From Selaginella moellendorffii (taxonomy: Eukaryota > Plantae > Lycopodiophyta), in the NCBI RefSeq assembly GCF_000143415.4, contig NW_003314289.1, positions 499,579 through 563,578 of the forward strand: a stretch of 64,000 nt of DNA, written 5' to 3'. Every line of letters starts with the position of its first letter. Within the stretch, counting starts at the first letter, position 1. Under the pieces are notes generated by a model. It saw only the letters and a program-made list of their open reading frames with translations. It ran no database searches and was not told the origin of the DNA. Positions 51,525 to 62,650 of this stretch are shown piece after piece. The position numbers and the translations under genes were made by a program.

Positions 51525-52055
51525 TTAAAGGGTATATTCAGCACTTACTGATGTAGTGTTCACCAATAGAATATTGTTTTCTACCATGAAATCATAATAG
51601 CTGTGTGTTTTTAATTCTTTTTTGATTTTCTTATACATCCACACGTGCACACCTTCCAAACCCACTCTTGGGCATTTGCGACAATGCTCAATAAAATTTA
51701 CCAAACCTATGCAACCATCTGTCTTGTTTAAATAAAAGTTGCATATAGGATATTGAAGATAATATGTATCTACATTAAGCTCCCTTGCCATATCTGAAGC
51801 AAGATCTTGAAGAAAATATTGACATCGCTCTTGAAGCATTGGAGGCAATTCAACTCTTTTAACAACATCATAAGGAAGGAGTTCTTGTTCAGTTGCACTT
51901 GAGGTCGCAAATGGAAGAGTCTCACAACAGCCCTCAAAATGAAAAAGAGGATTGTTACATAAAGGTGAAGGTGGATTATTGGTTGAGATTTGAGATGGAG
52001 GTGAAGACTCATATGAGAGGCCTCCGGGACCAAAAGTAAACTTCTTCCTAACCAT
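51525..52055 (-). CDS. Small unknown protein (about 176 aa), paralogue B, Zn-finger-like
   Basis: Open frame sharing QE.CQ.FLQDL..DMA, YYLQ.PIC.FYL.KT.GC, GVH.WMYKKIKKEL.TH and NNILLVN.TS.SAEY with paralogue A. Confidence 0.65.
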   Translation of the reverse strand: MVRKKFTFGPGGLSYESSPPSQISTNNPPSPLCNNPLFHFEGCCETLPFATSSATEQELLPYDVVKRVELPPMLQERCQYFLQDLASDMARELNVDTYYLQYPICNFYLNKTDGCIGLVNFIEHCRKCPRVGLEGVHVWMYKKIKKELKTHSYYDFMVENNILLVNTTSVSAEYTL

Positions 52056-53881
52056 TGCAACACACAAGAAGAATTAAACTTCCCAGCAATAAGAATTCTT
52101 TGATTAATATACTATATTTCAATCTCGGGAATGATATTTTATTATGACATGACACTATATTGAATGATAATTGTTAGTCTTAGTAATTACAATCTACTAT
52201 GAGAGACAAGTGGCTATAGGGTTTCAGAAGATAGAAACTAGCATATAATTAATATGTAGCCTTATTTTATATAGCTGGCCTGCTATATATAATAATGGCA
52301 AATACATATAGGCACGCGAGTATGCCTTTTTGCAAGATTACTTTTCAATCCCAAAATCATATATAGATTTAATTCTTTGATTTTTCTTCATCATATATCT
52401 TTGTAAAGACAAAACATATCAAAAGGAATAAGATATATATAAAAAATTTACTTTTTTTTTTAATATTTTAGTGGATTACAAAAGCCATTGAAAGGTTTAT
52501 AGAGTGGATTTATTAGTGCTTTCCATTGTGCTATTCATTTCTTCTTTTCTCTTGCTCTAGATTGTTGTTTCAGAAGTAACAGGAGCATTTTTATCAATAG
52601 TGACAATGGTCTCGACATTCCCGGATGGATAATAAGGACCAGACATGTAATATAGAGATTGTGGTAATGAAATAAAATTAACATTCTCACATTTTTGTAT
52701 GCTAGAACTACTTACAGATTTTTTGTCTTCCTTACTTCCCATCTCTGTAAACCCTAAAGAATGAACAAGTGAATCAGTGTTTCGAATTATTTATATATTT
52801 CTGGTCAATTATTGAAATGTTAAAATGTTGAAATGTACAATAGAAATTTTAGGTTCATTCGAACTTCAATATTCCCATTTTATTTGGGATCAATAAAGCC
52901 CAAAAATTTCTAGGGGTTCAGACAAACTTCTAATTCTAGAAATTGTATAAATTACATTAGAAAGATTCAAAAAATAGAAATTTCTCTGAACCATTGATAC
53001 TTAAATTCATAAATTTCAAGTTCACCAAAGAATAACATTTTTCTGACTTAATATTTCCTTATAAGACTTATGGTTGACTATGTTAATTGGCATTGACTTG
53101 AGCTGAATTGAGCTCAACTCATGAGCTCAACTCAACTTTGGACCATCCCTCGGTTTTTAGTGGAGCTATGATTAATGTGGCTAGTCCACTAAAGGACTCC
53201 AACTTACGAGAGATTGTGGGGAAAGATATGTTCACTACTATAATCCAGGGCTTGAGACTCGCATGAACTTCTCGGTTTGCTCCAGGAAATTCTAGTGCTC
53301 TTTTTAAATATGTTACTTGTTTTTTGACAGGTTTTGATGTCCCTGTGTTGAGACTACAAAAGAATAGACAACACTGATCTCTGAAGATGATGGTCCAGGG
53401 CTAGGTCAAATAGATTGGTATTGGAACCTTTTATCAGTTTTTAGTTGAGATTAGATTGGAAGGGCACTAAGGAAGAAAATCTTAAATTGTCAATTATTGG
53501 ACATGGTGATAATAAAATTATGTGGTTTTCTTGCATTTTGTTGCTTTGATGTGGACACAGAAGCTTGTATACCCTATCATAATAAAATAACAAAAATGCT
53601 TAAATTTTTTTGCAAACTCAATTCACCAGCTTTAGTTTCCTTAAATTAAGGCTTAAGTTTAATCTTAAATTTAATAGACTATCACTCCTAGCTCTTATTC
53701 TAATTTTCTCTTGAGAGTTTAAAGACAAATCAGTATGATGGGTGAGGACAAGGCTCACCTTTTCACAGTTCACTAGTGTTGGAATTGTCAAAAGTTCGTC
53801 ATCAAGCGAAAGAGAAACAATGAAATTATTAATAAATTAAAATTGGATTTGTGTTAAACAGTATGAGTATAAAGTCTACTG

Positions 53882-54180
53882 TGGTAGTGGATATACCTAG
53901 AATATATTTGGATATTTTAGAATATTCTACCATCTAACGGTTCTTATTCATTTAGATTAATCTTATATTTATAATTTATAAACATGTTTATAATTTATAA
54001 ACTTTCTTAAAAAATTTCTAGTATATTCAATTTTATTATACCATCTAGAAATATTGTGTTTATAAATTACAAACATGCTTATAATTATAACCTTTTATTT
54101 TGATGAATTGGACATAAGTAGGAATAACACTACTATTAATCAAACCAAACACTATATGCAACACGTAGCAAATTATTTTT
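53882..54180 (-). repeat. AT-rich dispersed repeat, copy 3 (inverted)
   Basis: The reverse complement aligns with 8415-8720 and 13770-14015. Confidence 0.72.
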
Positions 54181-55094
54181 ATGGGTATGGGTTTTGATTC
54201 TCAATTATAGTGAATATACTTTTCAAAAAGTCATGCAGAAATGGTAGTGTGGGGCCAGACTTCTCAGAGAGCCTGCGGGCAAAACCTTACAAATGACTGT
54301 ACAACCGAGTGAATCAGGGAATGAAGATGGCGAAATTCCATTCAAGAAAAGTCCAGTTGCAAGAGGCCCACTAAGTCCGGACATGTTGATGAAGAACTGA
54401 TTCCCCAAGCGAGAACTTGCATAAAGTAAAACGTTGAGGGACTGCCAAACATATACATTCAAAAGCGTTGAGAAAGCATGCTAGCTTATTTGCTGACAAA
54501 TGGTGTGTTGTGAATCAATCCACTGTGATCCAATCATAAGATATACAGATTCATGAAGAAATACATACATTCATTCTCATGTGGTTCACCTTCCTCAAAT
54601 TCAACAATGTTTGCTTGAGTACAATTCTCTGGTTCATGTCCGTGATAGACGGGCAATCCTTCACCTCGTGTCCAAGTCCAACAGCGCTTTGGTCCAAACT
54701 TTTCCTTACATTGTTCAAACAAGGAGTCCATCATCAGTGTGCTTTCCACCACTATTTAATTGCTTGTGATGCTATTGTGATGTTGTTGCTGCTGTCTTTA
54801 TCCAAACTCTTGAGTACATGGACGCTTGTTCCTCATTCGCACATACATGGCTTCTGCATCAGGCTCAGAATGGACCCAGTTACATTATTCCCCGCAATGT
54901 TGGATGATGATCCTCCAGCAGTAGCCACTATGGTTGTGTTCAAGGCTTTCTTCACAACCTCCTTTGTAGGACGAGCATCAAGGGATGAGAGATGTTTTGG
55001 TATACTTGAAATCTGACGATAGTATCACCATGATTTCTACCAAAGCAGACATAATGCTTCCTGGACTTGAGAAAAAAAAAACGTTCTCGATCTC

Positions 55095-55110
55095 TAGGGT
55101 TTTAGGGTTT
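55095..55110 (-). promoter_or_regulatory. Tandem telo-box motifs (AAACCCTA) just upstream of the YebC/TACO1 gene
   Basis: tagggttttagggttt lies directly before the ATG at 55116. Similar motifs lie near the PPR (about 5435) and MTP (about 25778) starts. Confidence 0.45.
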
Positions 55111-55115
55111 TGCAG

Positions 55116-56264
55116 ATGAAGGCAGTTGTTGCTGCCTTGAGAGTACATCGCGGAAATGTTCGTCATGGCAGCACCGCAGGAAATGCGAGTTGTTTTCAGC
55201 GTCTATGGACCTCTGCTCCTCTGGAAATGGGAAGGCGAGCTTGCAAGATTGCGGACAGGAAGGTTAGCGTTTTCTTTCTCGTCTGAAGCTTCTAATGTAA
55301 TCAACAGTGCTGCAGGCGGCACAGGGCTTGAAGAGAAACAAAGTTAATGCCAGGCTTGGCAAAGAGATAGCGCAAGCGTATCGCATTTGTGATTTTTTCT
55401 CTCGCTTGTTGCTAATTGGATCGGTTTTTTCAGGGCGAGGGAAGGCGGGACAAACCTGTCATCGAATTTAACACTGGCAGCGCTAGTGCAGAAAGCGAAG
55501 GAGCTGCACGTCTCGAAAGATCTCATAGAACGCAACATTAAGAAAGCAAAAGACAAGGACCAGCAGGATTTCACGGAGATCACATATGAGGTAACTCACA
55601 TTGCGTTTTGTTTGCGCTTGCAAGAGAGTTTGAAACAATGCAGGCTTACGGCTTTGGTGGTGTTGGAATCGTGGTGGAAGTTCTCACGGACAACACGAAC
55701 AGAGCTTCTTCTTTCGTTCGCGATGTTATAAAAAAGAGCCATGCCAAGATGGCTGCCTCTGGCTCGGTCCTCTTCAACTTCAAACGGGCTGGAGTCGTGG
55801 CTGTGAAAGGCAATGTGGATTCCGAAAGTCTTCTGGCTGCGGCGATGGACACTGGAGCTGAGGACATCGTGGAACCTGAATTGGAGGATGATGAAAGCCC
55901 AGAGGAGAAGAAGTAAGCTATTTTCTTTGTAGAATTCTGTGTTTCTTTTTTTTTTTTTTTAATAAGGAACTTGGTTGATGTAAGGTACTTCAAGGTGATA
56001 ACGATGATTTCGGGCGTGTCAAAGCTGGGCTCAAGGATGCGGGGTTCTCGATTGACATGGATAATTCGGGTCTAGAGCTTGTACCAACTGAGCTAGTGGA
56101 GGTATGAAAGAGATTTCCATGGATGTTTCTTTGGATTGATCCTTTTCTCCTCTCTTTTGATTTTACAGGTTGATGATGAAGCAATGGAAATGAATAGGGC
56201 TTTGATCGATAAACTACTGGAACTAGAAGATGTAGATGCAGTTTATTCAACTCAAAAGCCTTGA
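55116..56264 (+). CDS. YebC/PmpR/TACO1-family protein with N-terminal transit peptide, 6 exons; frameshift in exon 5 as assembled
   Basis: MGRRACKIADRK, YE|AYGFGGVGIVVEVLTDNTNR, SGSVLFNFKRAG, KLLELEDVDAVYS. The frame breaks between KVIT and DDFG near 56002. Confidence 0.88.
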
Positions 56265-56468
56265 CTGAATTATTGATTTGGCCTCCATGGAATTTAGCTG
56301 GACTCTCGCAATCAAATCGAGGTGCCATGCACCAGCAGTGATCCTCAGGAGCGTGTGATTAGAGATTATACATTTTCTCTCAAGAGTTTTTTTAAAGTGT
56401 GTATGACATACACAATAAATTTATTAAAACTTAGCAAGTTAAGCAATTAGTTTCTAGTATTATGAATT

Positions 56469-57327
56469 TTAATTAATCAAACATGGATAAGATTTAGAAT
56501 CCCATAAATCAATTACAGTAGGTTGACGAGTAGATAATACTTTACTTATTGATTGGTATAAAACTAAGTTACAATCATTTTGAACAATAAAATATATATT
56601 TAGAAAACAATTTAGACATTTTTTATTATTAGGAGACCAAACAATAAAACCATCCTCTGAATATAATCCTAATTTTCCATTACTTTGTAGTCTTAATTTA
56701 CAATTTTTACCATGGCCTGATGTTTTCGTAGACCATATTTTATATTTACCTATATATAAAACAAGATTACAACTATTATGTAAATATAAAATTACTTTCT
56801 TGTTTGGAGAAATCAAAAAATGCTCAGTGCTTAAATATTGGTAGGGCATATCAAAATAACCACCTACTAACATACTATTAAAAGCAAAACACTGATAATA
56901 ATTTATATATTGAAGTTTGTTAGTTTGTGGTTGTGGAAATGGTCTATAATTATCAATTGAATACTCAAGAGCATATAGTCTTGTCATAATTGTAACAAAA
57001 GATGAGCCTGCATTAATTAATATATTTTGGTATAATGTAACTAAATTTTCTAATTCCCTTTTTATAATAGCTCCATTATCTATATCACCTGCTGGATTTA
57101 TAGAACATTCACCAAAAGTCTTACCCAGGAGTTATACTAAAAATCCAATAATTAACTGTAATAGTGTAATCACCATGATTTTCGTTTCTTATTTGAATTG
57201 TATTGGTTACAACTTGACCTCTGGGTATATCAATTAAGGGAATAGCTGAAATTATAGCTGAAATCCTTGTGATAAGATTTATCATTTGGTTCCTTCTTAA
57301 TACATTCAAAGCTCCAAAAGTTATCAT
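56469..57327 (-). pseudogene. Bulb-type (GNA/B-type) lectin-domain gene with an unknown N-terminal region; 1-nt frameshift near 57124
   Basis: HNSCNLVLY, LQSNGKLGLY and QNDCNLVLY are QxDxNxVxY-type repeats. The frame extends upstream to about 57122, then shifts. Confidence 0.7.
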
Positions 57328-58793
57328 AGCTTTACTCTATATTAATCCACTAAAATTAATATGGACTTATACAGCGTCCTAGTTTAGTCCTAGCTTAAAT
57401 TTTATTTTTTGTATGGTTTTTGTCTTGGCACTTGCTTTTCTCTTTAAAAATTATTAACTTCCTTGAGATCACCTATTAAAGCATAAAGACACAACTTCAT
57501 TGTTGCTAAGAATATTCTTGTGAAATGAATTAAAATTGATTATATTTTGTTATTATAGCTATATATTAATTATATAATAATTATTCTATGTGAGGGCCAA
57601 GTGTACGGCTACGATGCCATATACTAATATTAGCATAGTGGGATTTTGGTAGCCGTCAAATTGGTTTCAATCCCATCCACTCGCTCTTGTATATAAGCTA
57701 AGGTTTTTGGGCTAATTGATATGCACATTTTTTGTATTCTTTTTCCATATTCCAAGCACTCACATCTATACCTTATATAATAGCTATAAAATACCAATGT
57801 TATTATAACTATAGAAAATTATATCTCAGTCCACAAATATAAAAGTACTAAGTTTTCTTCTTCTCTCTTATCTTTTTTGTTTCTCTCTTCTTCTTATGTA
57901 TGATCATTAACAAGTTTTGACATGAAAACTAACTTCTCCTTAACATGCATGTTATAATGCTTTAGATGTGTCTCCATAACCTTCATGTAGGGTATATCAA
58001 TCAAGAATTTTCTTCATGATAACACACTAAAACCATTATATGATGTTGGATCACAATAGTCCAAAGGCACTACGACCATTGCATCAAGCAACAACTAAGG
58101 AAACCTTTGTGTCAGTGAAGAAGTGAAGGATATAACTACCCTCACAACAAAAGCATTGCATAACCATGTCTATCAAAGCTTTTAGCTTTTGAAAAAAAAC
58201 CACTTTTCCCCTTCCATTTTCTTGCAGAATAATAGTAGCTTTAATCTACATCAAAAAATTAATTACTAACTGGAAAACACTAAACATATTTGTTTCTTGC
58301 TTCTAAAACCCTAGCCTTTTCTTGACTCTGATATATTATCTTTAAGTAGGGCAAAGTGAGCTTCAAAAAATGCCTTTACCATCTTAATTGTCTACAATGT
58401 TGCCCCAAAAACTAAACACAATTTAAAAGTTCTACAAAATTCATTTGCAATACTAACATCAAAATAAAATTCCTCTTGAGTAACAATTTCAATATCAACA
58501 TTTTTCTTCTTCAATCTCTCCAAGTCTTTATTGATGTCATACTAAGAAACTTGAAATGAATGCTTTAGCAAATTTAAGTACCTTGAATAAGATGTGCATG
58601 TAGACATATCAAGAGAACTTGATATAACTATTATGCTTCCTAAATTGGTTTTTCTTGACTACTATCATGTTAAGTTGGACTTGTTCCTCATCTATAAGCT
58701 TGTTTATAATCTTGTTAGCATCTATTTAGAGAATTATGACAACAAAGAATATAGAGAAGAAATGGGTGTACCTATTATTGAAGTTTATGCCTA

Positions 58794-59225
58794 GTGACCT
58801 CTTGGGAAGTTTAAATTCAGAAGTTTACATTTTTTATCAGAGAAGTCTCGGGTCTGACTCTGTTGGTTAGCTAGGGGAATCACATCACATGTTAATTGAC
58901 ATCTAATAGGTCCAATTTGCTCTCGACTAAGCTCAACCTCAGGGGTAGGGTGTCAAGAGAGCAAAGTTCTCGGGAGAGCTGTGGCTCTTAACTTCCATTC
59001 ATAAGGGTGTGAACTTGCAAGGAAGCGTGGTGGATTATAAACAACCAAAGAGAACGACTTTAGAAACAATCCATTCAAATATAGAGGGAAAGAGTCTATG
59101 AACAAGAGTGCATCCCCTTTTTCAATTGGTTAAGGATCTTGGGATATTTGGGATTAAGCATCTTTGGGTTTGAATAATACTGGACTGGGTGACGGTGACA
59201 TCTCGGGAAATCCAAATTAAAAATC
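58794..59225 (+). mobile_element. Cassandra-like TRIM: end of 5' LTR, PBS, about 200-bp interior, PPT, 3' LTR
   Basis: gtgacctcttgggaagt...ttaca, then tttttatcagag (PBS-like) and aaggaagcgtggtggat (PPT). The LTR from 59036 is homologous to 30785-30978. Confidence 0.78.
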
Positions 59226-59492
59226 ATTAAGTGGATGAAGAATTTATGCATGAAGAGGATTTTAGTAAAGAGATCTTTAAACATGAAAATGGGGGTGAGG
59301 TTCTATTGTCCAAGTGTTGTAGCAAATTTGGGATAACTTCCATTTGGAACTTTGAAGAACAATTGAAATCCATCAAAGCCATCATCTTCCTCTTCTTGTT
59401 ATAACCACTTTTCTTTGTGTAACCTAACTCTCCAAATGATCAAGGCTATCAACTTTCTATTTTATATGTTATATAAGCTTTTGAATTCAAAC

Positions 59493-59885
59493 TTTCTAAG
59501 AGGTCATTTAGCTCAATATTATTTAAACCTCAATTATCCCATAACCCTTAATTGATTAAAAAATTGGGTGCACTCTTGTTTATGGGCTTTTGCCCTTTAT
59601 ATTTAAACCTCAATAAACCATCTTTTAAGTTTTTCTCTTTAGTTATTTACAATCCCCCACATTTCTCTCCAAGTTCACATCTTTGAGCAAAATGGATTGC
59701 TAGATATCAATCTTAATATAAGGTGTGATTCACTAACCAATGAATTAACCCAACTCAAAAATATTTAACTGCAAAATTTTTCATTTATTAAAAAAGAGGG
59801 TGCACTTTTATTTATGGGCCCTTTCCCTTTATATTTTACCCTAATAGACTATCTCTCAAATTATTCTTTTTTGATTATTTATATG
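59493..59885 (-). mobile_element. Two eroded inverted copies of the same TRIM LTR
   Basis: gggtgcactcttgtttatgggc...ccctttatattt is the reverse complement of the LTR core; present near 59565 and 59797. Confidence 0.65.
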
Positions 59886-60699
59886 TTGTTCCTTTTTTTT
59901 CCTCAAATTTATCTCTAGGTAGTTTAGGATTCTTGATCCACTCAGGATGTTTAATTTGCTCAGCTTGATAAAGTTTGAGAAAGGTTTTCTCACCTATACT
60001 ATGCCTATGTTTCTTATGGCATTGATAGCAATATTCTCAATAAATATTACCTTGTTACATGTGTTTTAGCAAGTTGGCAAAGTCTAAAAAGTGCAAGTAT
60101 AAAACTAAAAAAAATGAGGATCAGTAACTAGACCACTTGACAAATTATAGTGGCTAAACTTGTCACCTAAGCTTCTGCAAAAGTAGCTATGGTGCCATAT
60201 ACTTTCATAGAGCAGCTCAAGCTAGCCAAACTCATCACCATCTAAACTACTGCAAGGAAGACATAAAGTAACTCCCCCTCAATGGCAACTTTGATTGCAA
60301 TATTTGGTTGTAACTCGAGCTACCATAAGGGGAGCCATAGCACTATTCCCCTTGATGTGGCAGGTTGGGCTGGCTAGATAAGCTTGGCTATGGTCTAAGC
60401 TGCTACATAAGAGCCCATGGCACTACTACATAAGAGCCCATGGCACTACTCCCCTCACATGGCAACTCAAGTAGTAGCCAAATCTTGTAATTGAGGTTGC
60501 TACAAGAATTGCCATAGTGTCATTGGAGCACCATAGTGGATTTAAATTGCCTATCTCTTGCAGCCCACATTGCTATATACTAACCCAATTTTAGTACATG
60601 CATCAGCTCTAAAAACCATTAAGCCTTAAATCATTTTTTTTATAAAAATTTAAAATTACAACTCTAAGAGTTTACTATCATTAATGACTTAAATTTTCT

Positions 60700-61681
60700 T
60701 GTAAGGTTTTTTTATTTTCCCTAGTTTTAGATATGGTTGAAAATCCAATAGCAATGATGTTATGATGGAGATAGTAAGATATCAAAGGAAAGAATTGTCA
60801 CTAGAAATGGAGTCATTGGTAGAATCTTTATATGTTTTCTTTGGGATTCAACCTAGAATGCTGTAAAGAGTTTAAGGTATGGGGTCACTTTGGGTTACTA
60901 TGATGGAGATCTTTTAAAAACATTTTGCATTAAATTTAATTGTAAGAATAGAGTTTTAGCTACATGAGTTTATGGTAGATTCGAGTGATACATCAATCCG
61001 GAGTAAAAAGGTTTTTCTTCAACAGCAAATATAAAAAGAGTTATATGCATCCTTAACAATAGCAAATTCTTCAATGGTAAGTTTAACAAAAGATGTAGAT
61101 ATAGAAGGACATATGGGTAGTTGATTTATGTTTGAGTTACTGAAGGCTAAACACTCTAATTCAAAGTATTAATATAGGAAATTTTGTGGACTAATCAAAG
61201 TTTCTTGAAGACTATAATAGAGACTTAGATTTTAAACTTCCACCTTCTAAATTCTAAAAAGGGGATGCATTAGAATTAGATTAAGTATGTTTAGGTGAAA
61301 TTTATAGATTGAAGAGTTGATTATTTTGCTAGAAGAGTCTAAAGGAGTAGTTATGTTAGATTTCTTTAATGATTCAACTTAGACTACCCATACTATGACC
61401 AGTTTAAAAGTTTAATAGTAAATACTTTCATAGGGTAGTTTGGTTTTATGAAATATGACTTTTGTAAACAATTTCCATGATATGAAGGAGAATATAAAGC
61501 TCACATATTTTATGTTATCCTATATAATATATTGTTCACTAGAGTAATTATTCATATTGGTTAGCATAACCATCTAGTGGTGAATAGAACATGCTTAGAG
61601 TATTGATCAAGGCTACATCTATTATTTCCAAGGTAGTACATAAATCTCCAAGATCTCAACTTACAATTATAGCTATTAAGA
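60700..61681 (-). mobile_element. Very eroded retroelement (integrase-like) remnant
   Basis: AT-drifted sequence with only faint integrase-like peptide traces and no intact ORF. Confidence 0.3.
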
Positions 61682-62134
61682 NNNNNNNNNNNNNNNNNNN
61701 NNNNNNNNNNNNNNNNNNNNNNNNNNNNNNNNNNNNNNNNNNNNNNNNNNNNNNNNNNNNNNNNNNNNNNNNNNNNNNNNNNNNNNNNNNNNNNNNNNNN
61801 NNNNNNNNNNNNNNNNNNNNNNNNNNNNNNNNNNNNNNNNNNNNNNNNNNNNNNNNNNNNNNNNNNNNNNNNNNNNNNNNNNNNNNNNNNNNNNNNNNNN
61901 NNNNNNNNNNNNNNNNNNNNNNNNNNNNNNNNNNNNNNNNNNNNNNNNNNNNNNNNNNNNNNNNNNNNNNNNNNNNNNNNNNNNNNNNNNNNNNNNNNNN
62001 NNNNNNNNNNNNNNNNNNNNNNNNNNNNNNNNNNNNNNNNNNNNNNNNNNNNNNNNNNNNNNNNNNNNNNNNNNNNNNNNNNNNNNNNNNNNNNNNNNNN
62101 NNNNNNNNNNNNNNNNNNNNNNNNNNNNNNNNNN
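61682..62134. other. Assembly gap (453 N)
   Basis: Run of N characters. Confidence 1.
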
Positions 62135-62397
62135 AAAGAACCAAAAACCCCTCGACACGACGGCAGCGTCAGCAAGCCGGAACCACCGGCACTAAGCTCC
62201 CCGACGAAATAGTCTTTTGGCACTTACCAGCAAACAAAAGTAAGTTCTAGTTAATTTGAAATATTATTTAAGCTTACTTTAAAATATCTTTATAAGATGT
62301 GAAATATGATAAAAAAAACTCCAAAAGGAAATCTCTTTTTTTTTAAGAAGTCCTTAAGTTTCAATGCAATTTTAAAGCTTACTAGTTTGGTATAATT

Positions 62398-62650
62398 GGG
62401 CTCAACCCAAGGGGTAAGGTGTCAAGAAAGTGAGGCTCTCAGGAAAGTTGTAACTCTCAAATTCTATTCACAAAGGCATGAATTTGCAAGGAAGTGTAAT
62501 AAATTGTAAATAGCTAAAGAGAACAATTCAAAAAACAATCAATAAAAGTTTAAATATAAAGGGAAAAAGGCTTATGAATAAAAATACACCCTTTTTTTCA
62601 ATCAATTAAAGATCTTAGGATGTTTTGGGTTAAACATCCTTAAGTTCATC
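62398..62650 (+). mobile_element. Eroded Cassandra-like TRIM (interior plus partial LTR)
   Basis: gctcaacccaaggggtaaggtgtcaaga...gcaaggaag...aaatataaagggaaa aligns with 58930-59160. Confidence 0.65.

Larger units (their letters stand above)
27271..53133. mobile_element. Putative giant Mutator-like (MULE) DNA transposon with cargo genes and nested insertions
   Basis: A 28-bp inverted repeat (27289-27316 vs 53106-53133, 25/28 identical) brackets the transposase, the ParB-MTase gene and the Zn-finger genes. No target-site duplication was identified. Confidence 0.55.

Noticed and set aside
54223-55016. Short ORFs upstream of the YebC gene
   Set aside because: No recognisable domain, and extended frames contain several stops. 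Possibly a relic, but not supportable.
61561-62250. Long ORFs spanning the N run
   Set aside because: Artefacts of translating the assembly gap.
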